The position numbers were made by a program, and so were the translations under genes. Below the pieces are notes generated by a model. The model was not told the origin of the DNA and made no database searches. It was given only the letters and a program-made list of their open reading frames with translations. From Planctomycetota bacterium (lineage in GTDB: Bacteria; Planctomycetota; JAJSAM01; JAJVHW01), in NCBI GenBank assembly GCA_965248445.1, contig CBDFJG010000003.1, positions 352,001-416,000 on the forward strand: 64,000 bases of DNA. Reading direction: 5' to 3'. Positions 6,939-17,215 of this stretch are shown piece after piece; position 1 is the stretch's first letter; each line of letters starts with the position of its first letter.

Positions 6939-9907
6939 GATGCGCCTCCCCCGCCTGCTCCGCCACCGTGGCGCAGCGGTGCAGTGAACGCCTCGCGCAA
7001 GTCCTCGATGGACTCGTCGACGACCACGTGGTCGCGGAGGCCGTGAAGCACGACGCGATCCGTGTCCGTGACAACGCCGATGCGCGCGCGCGGTGCACGG
7101 CCCAGCGCCTGCTCGAACGCCGTCGCACAGTCCGGCGGCACCTCGCACACGAATCGCCCGGGGCTCTCGGAGAACAACAGCGTGTCGTCGCTGGCGCCCT
7201 GACCATCCGATTCCTCGAACGGTGCGTGCACCAGATGCGCCTCGACACCGAGGCATCCCGCGAACGCCATCTCGGCGAGCGCGGCTGCCAATCCGCCCTC
7301 GCTGCAGTCGTGACAGGCGCGGACGAGTCCAGACTGGATCGCGGCATGGAGCCCGCTCATGGCGGCGCGGCTCTCGTCGAACCGGACGCGCGGCACGGTG
7401 CCGCCCGAGACGCCCCGGACGAGTCCGATGTGCGATCCGCCGAACTCCGGCCGCGTGACGCCCACCGCGTACAGCAGGTTCCCGGGCGCGGCGAGGTCCA
7501 TCGTGACGAGGGTGCGAACGTCCGGGACGACGGTGAACGCGGAGACCAGCAGCGTCGGCGGGATCGCGATCGTCTTCCCGCCGACCTGGAACTCGTTGTT
7601 GAGCGAGTCCTTGCCGGACACGAACGGCGTCCCGTACGCCAGTGCCGCGTCCTTCAGTCCCTCCGAGGCGCGCACGATCGATCCGAGCCGGTCGGGCTTG
7701 TTCGTGTTGCCCCAGGAGAAATTGTCGAGCAGCGCCGCGGCGAACGGGTCGGCGCCGACGGCCGTGAGGTTGCGCAGCGCCTCGTCCACCGCCCCCGCGG
7801 CCATGTCGTACGGCGAGCCGTCCCCGAGCCGCGGGTTCAGACCACTCGACACGGCCACACCACGCGGGTTGCCGGCGATGGGGGTGACGACGGTGGCGTC
7901 GCCCGGGCCGTCCGCGTGCACTCCGACCAGCGGCTTGAGCGCACTCCCGCCCTGGACTTCGTGGTCGTATTGACGGATCACCCACTCTTTCGAGCAGACG
8001 TTCCAGGACGACAGGATCGCCCGCAGTTCGCGGCCGTGCTGGGCGGCGCCGGTGTCGGCCGCGAACGGCGGGGTCTCGGGGGTGTGCCACTCGGCCTCGC
8101 GCTGCACGCGCGGCACGCCGTCGTGCAGGAACTCCATCGGCAGGTCGCCGACAGGATTGCCCTGGTACGTGAGCACCAGGCGGCCGTCGTCGGTGAACTC
8201 GCCGAGGTCGGTCACCTCGACGTCCTCCCGTTCGAACAACTGCCGGACACGCGCGACGTTCGCAGGCGGGACGGCCAGGACCATGCGCTCCTGCGCCTCG
8301 CTGATCCAGATCTCCGAGTAAGTGAGCCCCGCGTACTTGAGCGGAGCGGACGCGAGCTCGACGCGCGCTCCGGTCTTCTCGCCCATTTCGCCGACCGCAG
8401 ACGAGAAGCCCCCGGCGCCGCAATCCGTCAGAGCGCTGAGCAGTCCCTCGTCGCGCACGACGAGCAGGGCGTCGAGAACGCGCTTCTCCTCAATCGGGTT
8501 GCCGATCTGCACCGCGCCAGCGCTCACGGTCTCGCTCTCCTCGGTCAGCTCGACCGACGAGAACGTGGCGCCGTGAATGCCGTCCCTGCCGGTGCGCCCG
8601 CCGACGGCAATGATGCGGTCGCCGGGTCGGGCGGCCTTCTCGACGAACTTCCGCGGGATGAGGCCGACGGTGCCCGCGTACACGAGCGGGTTTCCGACGT
8701 AGCGGTCATCGAAGAACAGGCCACCGGACGCGGTGGGGAGGCCCATACGGTTGCCGTAGTCGCGCACGCCGCCCACGACTCCGTGCATGATCCGGCGAGG
8801 GTGCAGGCAGCCCTTCGGGACGTCGTCGTCGGGCATGTCCGGCTCCGCGAAGCAGAACACGTCGGTGTTGAGGAACGGCCGCGCGCCGAGCCCGGTGCCG
8901 AGTATGTCGCGGATCACGCCGCCGATCCCGGTCCCGGCGCCGCCGTAGGGCTCGATCGCCGACGGGTGGTTGTGCGTCTCGACTTTCATGCAGACGCCGT
9001 GCTCGTCGTCGAACGCGATGACGCCGGCGTTGTCGACGAATACGGAGAGGCAGTCCGCGCGGTCGAGCTGCGTCGTCGCGTCGAAGACCGTCTGCTTGAG
9101 CAAGTTCTCGTAGGTGCGGTCACCGCCCTCGCCTCGGAAGCGGACGGGACCTGCGAGCGTCTTGTGCTTGCAGTGCTCGGACCACGTCTGCGCGAGGGTC
9201 TCGAGTTCCACGTCGGTCGGTTCGCGGCCGGCGGCTACGAAGTAGTCGCGCGCCGCCTGCATCTCCAGCAGAGACAGCGACAGCTCCATGTGCTGCGAGA
9301 TCTCGACCAGGCGGTCGTCGCTCGCGTCGCGGAGGGCGACCTCGATGCGCTCGAAGACGTAGGGCGCCGGGTGCACGGGCCGCACGTCGAGCTCGGCGCC
9401 GGTGCGGATCTCCTCGATGACCTCGTTCGCCAGAGTGGTGCGAGCCGCCTCCACCAGGGACGCGGGCTCGCAGCCGGCCGTCGCGGTCACCACGTAGCGG
9501 CGGACGGTGCGTACGTCGTCGAGTTCGAGACCCGCGGCGCGGCACGCCCGTAGGCACGAGGCCTGCACGGGATCGGTCACACCGGGGCGCCGCAGCACCG
9601 ACACGACCTGAGCCCCGGCCTCGGCCGCGGCGCGGGCGCTCGGCGGCAGGGCATCTACGGCGAACGCCTGGGAGACCGGGTCGGCGAGGACGTCCCTGCC
9701 TGCCTGCTGGGCGGCCTCTGCCGCGTTGGACCCGTCGAGGATGTAGCCCTGCACGAACAGGACGCTGAGTCCGTCGGCGCCAGGTAGTGCGGCGCGAAGT
9801 GCAGCCTCGGCATGGGCTGCCGTGGGGTCGCGCAGGCCCGCGCGCACCTCCACCTGGACTAGGACTGGGACCTCTACGAGGTCCGGCGATTGCGTCGCAG
9901 CAGCCAT
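6935..9907 (-). CDS. purL: phosphoribosylformylglycinamidine synthase PurL with N-terminal PurS-like domains
   Basis: QTWSEHCKHK, VETHNHPSAIEP, TGRDGIHG, SEAQERM, SGKDSL.N, HDCSEGG; ~180-aa N-terminal region with GVTDP / LANEVIE PurS-like motifs. Confidence 0.95.
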   Translation of the reverse strand: MAAATQSPDLVEVPVLVQVEVRAGLRDPTAAHAEAALRAALPGADGLSVLFVQGYILDGSNAAEAAQQAGRDVLADPVSQAFAVDALPPSARAAAEAGAQVVSVLRRPGVTDPVQASCLRACRAAGLELDDVRTVRRYVVTATAGCEPASLVEAARTTLANEVIEEIRTGAELDVRPVHPAPYVFERIEVALRDASDDRLVEISQHMELSLSLLEMQAARDYFVAAGREPTDVELETLAQTWSEHCKHKTLAGPVRFRGEGGDRTYENLLKQTVFDATTQLDRADCLSVFVDNAGVIAFDDEHGVCMKVETHNHPSAIEPYGGAGTGIGGVIRDILGTGLGARPFLNTDVFCFAEPDMPDDDVPKGCLHPRRIMHGVVGGVRDYGNRMGLPTASGGLFFDDRYVGNPLVYAGTVGLIPRKFVEKAARPGDRIIAVGGRTGRDGIHGATFSSVELTEESETVSAGAVQIGNPIEEKRVLDALLVVRDEGLLSALTDCGAGGFSSAVGEMGEKTGARVELASAPLKYAGLTYSEIWISEAQERMVLAVPPANVARVRQLFEREDVEVTDLGEFTDDGRLVLTYQGNPVGDLPMEFLHDGVPRVQREAEWHTPETPPFAADTGAAQHGRELRAILSSWNVCSKEWVIRQYDHEVQGGSALKPLVGVHADGPGDATVVTPIAGNPRGVAVSSGLNPRLGDGSPYDMAAGAVDEALRNLTAVGADPFAAALLDNFSWGNTNKPDRLGSIVRASEGLKDAALAYGTPFVSGKDSLNNEFQVGGKTIAIPPTLLVSAFTVVPDVRTLVTMDLAAPGNLLYAVGVTRPEFGGSHIGLVRGVSGGTVPRVRFDESRAAMSGLHAAIQSGLVRACHDCSEGGLAAALAEMAFAGCLGVEAHLVHAPFEESDGQGASDDTLLFSESPGRFVCEVPPDCATAFEQALGRAPRARIGVVTDTDRVVLHGLRDHVVVDESIEDLREAFTAPLRHGGGAGGGGAS

Positions 9908-10049
9908 GCGCGCAGCCTCGCACACGGTTCGTGGGACGCGGACGTTATCCCGGGCTCGCGGCAGTCGCTTCCGGCACCTGCTTCCCGCGCTTGCTTGCCG
10001 GACTTGCTTGCCTGGGGCGTCCACGGAGCCGGAGGGGTATCTTGCCGGG

Positions 10050-11015
10050 ATGGCGCGGAGCAAGGGGCTGGCGTTCGAGCGACCGATCCTCGAGCAACTG
10101 GACGAGGTGGACCGTCTCCGCCGCGCTCAGGGCGAGAGCGAGGCCGATCTGTCGGCAGAGATTCGCGAAGCCGAGGCGCGCGCGCAGGCACTGACGCGCG
10201 AGATCTTCGCCCGGCTCTCTCCGTGGGAGCGCGTCCAGCTGGCGCGCCACGTGGACCGCCCGCAGGTGGCGGACTACGTCGAGAGCATGTTCACCGACGT
10301 GGTCGAACTCCATGGCGACCGCGGGTTCGCCGACGACCACGCGATCTTGACGGCCCTGGCGCGGCTGGGTCCACACCGCGTCATGCTGGTCGGACATCGC
10401 AAGGGGCGGGACCTCAAGGAGCGCAAGGCCTGCAACTTCGGCATGCCGAACCCGGAGGGGTATCGCAAGGCGATCCTGAAGATGCGGCTCGCTGAGCGCT
10501 TCGGGGTTCCGATCGTGTGCCTCGTGGACACGCCTGGCGCGTATCCCGGGATCGGTGCCGAGGAGCGCGGGCAGGCCTGGGCGATTGCCGAGAACATCGA
10601 GGCCATGAGCGCGCTCCGCACGCCGGTGGTGGTCATCGTCATCGGCGAGGGCGGCTCCGGCGGCGCTCTCGGCATCGGCGTCGGCGACCGGGTCCTCATG
10701 ATGGAGAACGCGTACTACTCCGTGATCACGCCCGAGGGTTGTGCTGCCATCCTCTGGAAGAGCGCCGAGAAAGCCTCGGAAGCGGCGGAGCAACTCCGGC
10801 TGACGGCCCTCGACCTGCGCCGACTCGGCATCATCGACGACATCGTCGACGAGCCGATGGGTGGCGCGCACCGCAACCCGCAGCACGCGGCCGCCACCGT
10901 CAAGCAGGCGCTCGAGCGCGCCCTGCGGGAGCTCTCGGGTGTGCCGATCGATCTGCTCCTCGAACAGCGGTACCGGAAGTTCCGCGCAATCGGCTCGCAC
11001 CTGTTCGAGGAGTAG
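10050..11015 (+). CDS. accA: acetyl-CoA carboxylase carboxyltransferase subunit alpha
   Basis: ELHGDR, FGMPNPEGYRKA, DTPGAYPG..AEERGQ, GEGGSGGAL. Confidence 0.97.
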   Translation: MARSKGLAFERPILEQLDEVDRLRRAQGESEADLSAEIREAEARAQALTREIFARLSPWERVQLARHVDRPQVADYVESMFTDVVELHGDRGFADDHAILTALARLGPHRVMLVGHRKGRDLKERKACNFGMPNPEGYRKAILKMRLAERFGVPIVCLVDTPGAYPGIGAEERGQAWAIAENIEAMSALRTPVVVIVIGEGGSGGALGIGVGDRVLMMENAYYSVITPEGCAAILWKSAEKASEAAEQLRLTALDLRRLGIIDDIVDEPMGGAHRNPQHAAATVKQALERALRELSGVPIDLLLEQRYRKFRAIGSHLFEE

Positions 11016-11022
11016 GGGTGGA

Positions 11023-12420
<1,398 letters not shown>

Positions 12421-12423
12421 GGT

Positions 12424-13035
12424 CTAGCTCTTCGGCGTCTCCTTGAGCGTCTCGACCACCTCGTCCACGAGTCCGTACTCCTTGGCTTGGGCTGCGGAGA
12501 GGAACTTGTCGCGGTCGGTGTCGCGCGCGATCTCCTCGATGTCGCGGCCGCTGTGCTTGGCGAGGATGCCGTTCAGCGTGTCGCGCATGTTCAGGATCTC
12601 CTCGGCGTGGATCTCGATGTCCGCCGCCGTTCCGCGCGCGCCGCCCCACGGCTGGTGGATCATGACGCGGGAGTGGGGCAGCGCGAACCGCTTGCCCTTG
12701 GCGCCGGCCGCGAGCAGCACAGCGCCCATCGACGCGGCCTGGCCGATGCAGTACGTCGCCACGTCGCACTGGACGAACTGCATCGTGTCGTAGATCGCAA
12801 GCCCCGCGGTCACGATGCCGCCGGGGGAGTTCACGTACAGGTTGATGTCCTGGTGCTTGTTCTCCTTCTGGAGGAACAGCATCTGCGCGATCACCACGTT
12901 CGCGACGTGGTCGTCGACGGTGCTGCCGAGGAACACGATCCGGTCCTCGAGAAGCCGCGAGTAGATGTCGTAGGCGCGTTCGCCGCGCCCGGTCTTCTCG
13001 ATCACCATCGGGATCACGTAGTTGCTGGGGGACAT
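12424..13035 (-). CDS. clpP: ATP-dependent Clp protease proteolytic subunit
   Basis: DIYSRLL, NSPGG, GQAASMG, MIHQP, DRD motifs. Confidence 0.97.
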   Translation of the reverse strand: MSPSNYVIPMVIEKTGRGERAYDIYSRLLEDRIVFLGSTVDDHVANVVIAQMLFLQKENKHQDINLYVNSPGGIVTAGLAIYDTMQFVQCDVATYCIGQAASMGAVLLAAGAKGKRFALPHSRVMIHQPWGGARGTAADIEIHAEEILNMRDTLNGILAKHSGRDIEEIARDTDRDKFLSAAQAKEYGLVDEVVETLKETPKS

Positions 13036-13084
13036 GCTCTTCGTGGTTTCCTCTCGTCCAATCTAGGAGTAACCGATCGCGCCA

Positions 13085-13153
13085 GTCGTGTCGTCTGCGT
13101 CAGCGGGCGAACCAGAAATGTCGTGTCATCTGCGTCAGCGGATGAACCAGAAA
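13085..13153. repeat. two tandem 34-bp hairpin-forming repeats (dispersed family)
   Basis: gtcgtgtcgtctgcgtcagcgggcgaaccagaaa (13085-13118) and gtcgtgtcatctgcgtcagcggatgaaccagaaa (13120-13153). Confidence 0.9.
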
Positions 13154-13165
13154 CACGTCGCCGGG

Positions 13166-14497
13166 TCAGCCCGTGACGGAAATCGTCTTCCGGAGGTCGG
13201 CTAGCGTCTTGCGCTCGCGGATCGAGGAGCGCAGCGAGGCCATCATCCCGCGCTCCTCCATCTCATTCTCCATCTCCTGTGTACTTCGATTGTAACTCGT
13301 CGCCATTCCCGCGAGGCTCTGCTGGACCTCGGTCTCGGTGGCGAACACCTTGCGCTCAGTGGCGATCCGGTCGAGCACGAAGCTGGCCCGCAGGTCGCGG
13401 GACACGCGCGTCTCGGCCTCGGCCCGTGCGTGGGCCACCTCGTCGCCGATGCGGTCCTCCTCGACCCCGTCCTGCTGCAGCTGGGTGTGGAACCGCTGCA
13501 GCATGCGTCCGGTCTCGCGCTTGACGAGGGACGGCGGGAGTTCGAAGGGGGTCGCCTCGAGGATCGCGTCGAGGATGCGGTCGTCCAGGGCGCGGTCCCG
13601 GGCGTCGTCGAGTCCGCGCTCGAGCTGCCTCTTCACGTCGTCCTGGAGCTCCTCCACGTCGTCGTAGTCGAGCTCCGCCGCGAACGAGTCGTCGAGGTCG
13701 GGGATCGTCACCTTCTGGACGCTGCCGACGGTCAGGTCGAGTCTGGCGTCCTTGCCGCGGAACTGCTCGGAGACGAAGTTGTCGGGCAGCGTGACCGTCA
13801 GCTCGACCGAGTCGCCCGTCTTCTTACCCAGGAGCGCGGCCGGCATGTCGGCGACCACCATCCCGCCCAGCACGTCCGAGGGGTGCTGCCACTCGACTTC
13901 GCCCTCGTCGACGACTGTCTCGCCCTCGATCTCGATCTTGACGGCCAGGATTGCGATCCCGCGGTCCTCGAGCGGCTCGTCGCCCGCGTCTGCGGCTGTG
14001 GCGCGGGCCATGCGGAGCTTCTCGATCTCCTGCTCGACGTCCTCGTCGGTCACCTTCAGGTCGGGGCGTTCGACGGAGACCCTCGAGAGATCCGGCAGGT
14101 CGAACCCGGGGCGGACGTCAACGGTGACCTCGAACGAGAGGTCGCTGCCCTTCGTGATCTCGATGTCCTCCCACTCGGCCTGGGCGTCGCCGATCGTCTG
14201 CAGCTCGCGTTCCTCGACCGCTTCGCCGACGACCGTCTGCACGAGTCGCTCCTTGACTTCGGCCAGGACGCGCTCGCCGAGTCGGGCTTCGACCATCTTG
14301 CGCGGCGCCTTGCCGGGTCGGAACCCCTTGAACTGGACGCTCTGCTGCACGTTCTTGAACGTCTGCTCGATCTCCTCGTCAACGCGCTCCGCGGGCACCG
14401 TGATGCGCATCTTCTTCGAGCAGGGACCGACGTCCTCGATCTCGATCGCAAGGGAGGACTGTTGGGGTGTCATGGGGAGCGTCTCCGGGGTGTTCAT
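13166..14497 (-). CDS. tig: trigger factor (alternative start 14473)
   Basis: GFRPGKAP ribosome-binding signature; tig-clpP-clpX synteny. Confidence 0.93.
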   Translation of the reverse strand: MNTPETLPMTPQQSSLAIEIEDVGPCSKKMRITVPAERVDEEIEQTFKNVQQSVQFKGFRPGKAPRKMVEARLGERVLAEVKERLVQTVVGEAVEERELQTIGDAQAEWEDIEITKGSDLSFEVTVDVRPGFDLPDLSRVSVERPDLKVTDEDVEQEIEKLRMARATAADAGDEPLEDRGIAILAVKIEIEGETVVDEGEVEWQHPSDVLGGMVVADMPAALLGKKTGDSVELTVTLPDNFVSEQFRGKDARLDLTVGSVQKVTIPDLDDSFAAELDYDDVEELQDDVKRQLERGLDDARDRALDDRILDAILEATPFELPPSLVKRETGRMLQRFHTQLQQDGVEEDRIGDEVAHARAEAETRVSRDLRASFVLDRIATERKVFATETEVQQSLAGMATSYNRSTQEMENEMEERGMMASLRSSIRERKTLADLRKTISVTG

Positions 14498-14677
14498 CGG
14501 CCGGGGCCTCTGTGAGCCACGAGACCTCTCTGGTCGTGGCCGGATTCGTGCGTCGGCCGCCAGATCCACGGCCAGCCCCGTATCGTACGGAAATCGCCGA
14601 TGTGCTCACCGTTTCCCGGCGTGTCAGGGTGACCGGACGGGTGGCCTCCGCCCCGAGCGCCGATGCCGGGCCTGCCG

Positions 14678-15442
14678 CTAGTCGAAGATGTCCTCGAAGA
14701 TGTCCTCGAAGTCCTCGCCCAGGGCAGGCTTGCGCGGACGGCCAAGGAAGTCCTTCGCGAGCTCCTTCCCGAGCACGTCCTCGACCCGCTTCTTCACGCG
14801 ATTCTCGTACGTCGCGATCTTGCCGAGATTGGCGAATGCGCGGGTTGCGAACGTCTGCACCAGGCGTGCCTGCTCGTCCGGATCGTCCTTGGCGCGCTGG
14901 ACCACGTCCCGGATCTCCGCGATCCGCATGTCGCCGAAGAAGATCTGGAGCATCTCCTCCTCGGACTCGCGGAGCACGACGTCGAGCGTTGCTTCCTGGT
15001 TCGCCGAGAGGTGCATGTCGTCGGCGATCTCGCCGATCGACTTCGGCGGGTCGGGTGTGGCGAACCGGTTCTCGCCGGTGGCGACGCCGGCCAGACGCTC
15101 CGCCAGCAACTTGTCCACCTCGGCGCGGGACATGTAGGCCGTCCCGTCCGGCGACTGCATCGGCGTGTCGCCCTCGGCGGCCGGGGCACCGACGGCGGCA
15201 CGGGCTGCGGCCGCGTCCTGGCGCGCGGCCCGCGCCTCGTCGGTGGCGCGGTCGATCCGGCGCAGCGCGGTGTCCACCTTCGCATCCGACTCGCGGACGG
15301 ACGTGGACACGTCGGCCTCGAGGTCCTTCATTCGCTGGCTCGTCTCATGGCGGCCGTCGAGACCGAGGCTGAACACGATGAGACACGTCGCGAGGCTGGC
15401 GAGCACCGCGGCGACGATCGAGATCAGGATCTGCTTCCCCAT
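14678..15442 (-). CDS. hypothetical membrane-anchored coiled-coil protein
   Basis: GGGAG before ATG 15442, N-terminal TM segment, helical body, GC3-rich frame. Confidence 0.75.
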   Translation of the reverse strand: MGKQILISIVAAVLASLATCLIVFSLGLDGRHETSQRMKDLEADVSTSVRESDAKVDTALRRIDRATDEARAARQDAAAARAAVGAPAAEGDTPMQSPDGTAYMSRAEVDKLLAERLAGVATGENRFATPDPPKSIGEIADDMHLSANQEATLDVVLRESEEEMLQIFFGDMRIAEIRDVVQRAKDDPDEQARLVQTFATRAFANLGKIATYENRVKKRVEDVLGKELAKDFLGRPRKPALGEDFEDIFEDIFD

Positions 15443-15612
15443 GCGCTCCCTCCGCGACCGCACGCGCGGCCTCTTACTGAGTTGGACGGGCGAGCATCCT
15501 CGGCAGCGCAGAGGATCCTATCGCGCAGCCTCGAACGAGTCAGCGGGCGAACCAGCCCGTCCGGTCCGATCGTTCTTCCCGCCCCGGTACGATGATCGGC
15601 TCGGCCGCCGCG

Positions 15613-15693
15613 GGGAGAGTGGCGGAATGGCAGACGCGCGGGCCTTAGGAGTCCGTGGGGAAACCCGTGCGGGTTCGAGTCCCGCCTCTCCCA
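15613..15693 (+). tRNA. tRNA-Leu (anticodon TAG), CCA not encoded
   Basis: Acceptor gggagag/ctctccc, D-loop ggaatggcagac, anticodon arm cgggc-cttagga-gtccg, long variable arm, T-arm gcggg-ttcgagt-cccgc. Confidence 0.96.
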
Positions 15694-15722
15694 GCCTTCG
15701 CCGCGGCCCGCGGCGAAGGCTG
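15692..15722 (+). terminator. hairpin immediately 3' of tRNA-Leu
   Basis: cagccttcgccgcg / cgcggcgaaggctg 14-bp perfect stem. Confidence 0.6.
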
Positions 15723-15751
15723 CGTGCAGTGTTGTTGGTTCGTCCGCGTTG

Positions 15752-15780
15752 TTTGGCTCGTCTTCTGACGAAGACGAGCG
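15752..15780. repeat. divergent copy of dispersed TGAC-loop hairpin repeat
   Basis: tttg-gctcgtcttc-TGAC-gaagacgagc; same loop and flank as the reverse complement of the 13085 repeats. Confidence 0.7.
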
Positions 15781-15820
15781 AGCCGGCTGAGATCGGTCAT
15801 CAATCAGGAGTGACCCGACG

Positions 15821-16417
15821 TTGTCCTCACGTACCCGACTGCTGGCCGCGAGCCTGGCACTCATCCTGGGCTTCCTGAGCGTGTACCTCGTCCGCGAGTA
15901 CATGCATACCGAGCAGGACTGGGAAGAGCAGATGGAGGGGGACTTCGAGACGGCGCTCTCGGTGCTCACCGGCATCCGGAGCGGCCGCCTGCCGCTCGAC
16001 ATGGCGGGAGAAGATGCGTTCTGGCGGCGGTGGGATCGCCGCATGGACCTCTACGACTCGGAGCATCGGGCAGAGTTGGGCGGGCACCTCGCGCTCTACT
16101 TGGAGTTCATCCAGGCCGAGTACGCGGACATGTCCGAGATCTACCGCAACGGCGATGGATCGAAGGCGGCCTCGGACGCCGCGGTAGCCGCGCGCGGATC
16201 CGTGTCGGAGCGCCTGGGTGAGGTGGGCCGGAAGCTCATCACAGACGCCGACGAACTGCGCGAGGACGCCTACAACGCGTCGCCTGTGCACTCGGGGCTC
16301 GATCCCGATCTCGTGGACTACATCATGGAGAACGAGGTCGTGAAGACCTGGGCTCCCGAGGCTCAGCGGCTCATCGCGCGCATGGTGGAGGAGCCGGATA
16401 AGCGGACCGGACGGTGA
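15821..16417 (+). CDS. hypothetical protein with N-terminal TM segment
   Basis: AGGAG upstream, TTG start, GC3-rich frame, GTGA overlap with next gene. Confidence 0.7.
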   Translation: MSSRTRLLAASLALILGFLSVYLVREYMHTEQDWEEQMEGDFETALSVLTGIRSGRLPLDMAGEDAFWRRWDRRMDLYDSEHRAELGGHLALYLEFIQAEYADMSEIYRNGDGSKAASDAAVAARGSVSERLGEVGRKLITDADELREDAYNASPVHSGLDPDLVDYIMENEVVKTWAPEAQRLIARMVEEPDKRTGR

Positions 16418-17202
16418 CGCCGCCCGGGTACCTTCCCCCCGTGCTGGTCTCCGTGGTCGTGCCGATGATGGATGAGGAGGGTTCGCTCCCACTTCTCGCC
16501 GCCGAGCTGGACGCGCTGCGGCTATCGCTCGGCGCGCGCGGCGCCGTCCTCGAAGTCGTGCTCGTGGATGACGGATCCACGGACGGGACCGCCGCGGCCG
16601 CATGGGAGTTGGTGCGGCACCACACGTCCTGGCGCCTGCTCGCTCACGCGCAGAATCGTGGGTTCGGCGCCGGATTCCGCACCGGCGCACGCGCCGCGCG
16701 CGGCGACTTCATCGTCTCCTACGACGCGGACTGCGCGTACCCGGCGGCTGACGTGCACAAACTGCTCGGCCAACTGGAAGAAGGCGCCGACATCGCCTCT
16801 GCGACGCCGTTCGTGCCCGGCGGATCCGCGGCCCTCGGCGGGCTGCGTGTGCTGCTGTCGCGCGCGTGTTCGCTTGCCTATCGCGTCGCGCTGCGCGGAC
16901 GCGCCACGGACGTGCACACGTTCACCTGTGCGTTCCGCGCATATCGCGGTCCGGTGCTGCGACGCATCGACTGGGAGGCGGACGGGTTCCTCGCCGCGGC
17001 CGAGATCCTCTCGCGTGCGCTGCTCGCCGGTGCGCGCGTGACCGAGGTGCCGTCCACGCTGCGCGCGCGAACCGCCGGCCGCTCCAAGATGCGTGTCGCC
17101 GCGACGGCGGTCGCCCACCTCGGACTCCTCGTGCGCCTGCGCTTCGCGCGCGGGTCCACGCAGCAGCCGGCACCGGCGCGGGTTCACGGGAGCGCCGCCT
17201 GA
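16414..17202 (+). CDS. GT2 glycosyltransferase, polyprenol-phosphate sugar synthase (DPM1-like)
   Basis: SVVVP, VDDGSTDGT, NRGFG, DAD, EVP...R..GRSKM. Confidence 0.9.
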   Translation: MTPPGYLPPVLVSVVVPMMDEEGSLPLLAAELDALRLSLGARGAVLEVVLVDDGSTDGTAAAAWELVRHHTSWRLLAHAQNRGFGAGFRTGARAARGDFIVSYDADCAYPAADVHKLLGQLEEGADIASATPFVPGGSAALGGLRVLLSRACSLAYRVALRGRATDVHTFTCAFRAYRGPVLRRIDWEADGFLAAAEILSRALLAGARVTEVPSTLRARTAGRSKMRVAATAVAHLGLLVRLRFARGSTQQPAPARVHGSAA

Positions 17203-17215
17203 GCGGTTACCGCGG

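Noticed and set aside
6968..9553. Long antisense or alternate-frame ORFs (e.g. 6968-9553 +, 11203-13176 +, 27254-30316 -, 38549-40378 -)
   Set aside because: Shadow ORFs expected at this GC content; they lie opposite well-supported genes and carry no recognisable motifs.
13085..13153. Possible CRISPR array from the 34-bp palindromic repeats
   Set aside because: Only two adjacent copies with a 1-bp gap, no unique spacers and no cas genes in the window.
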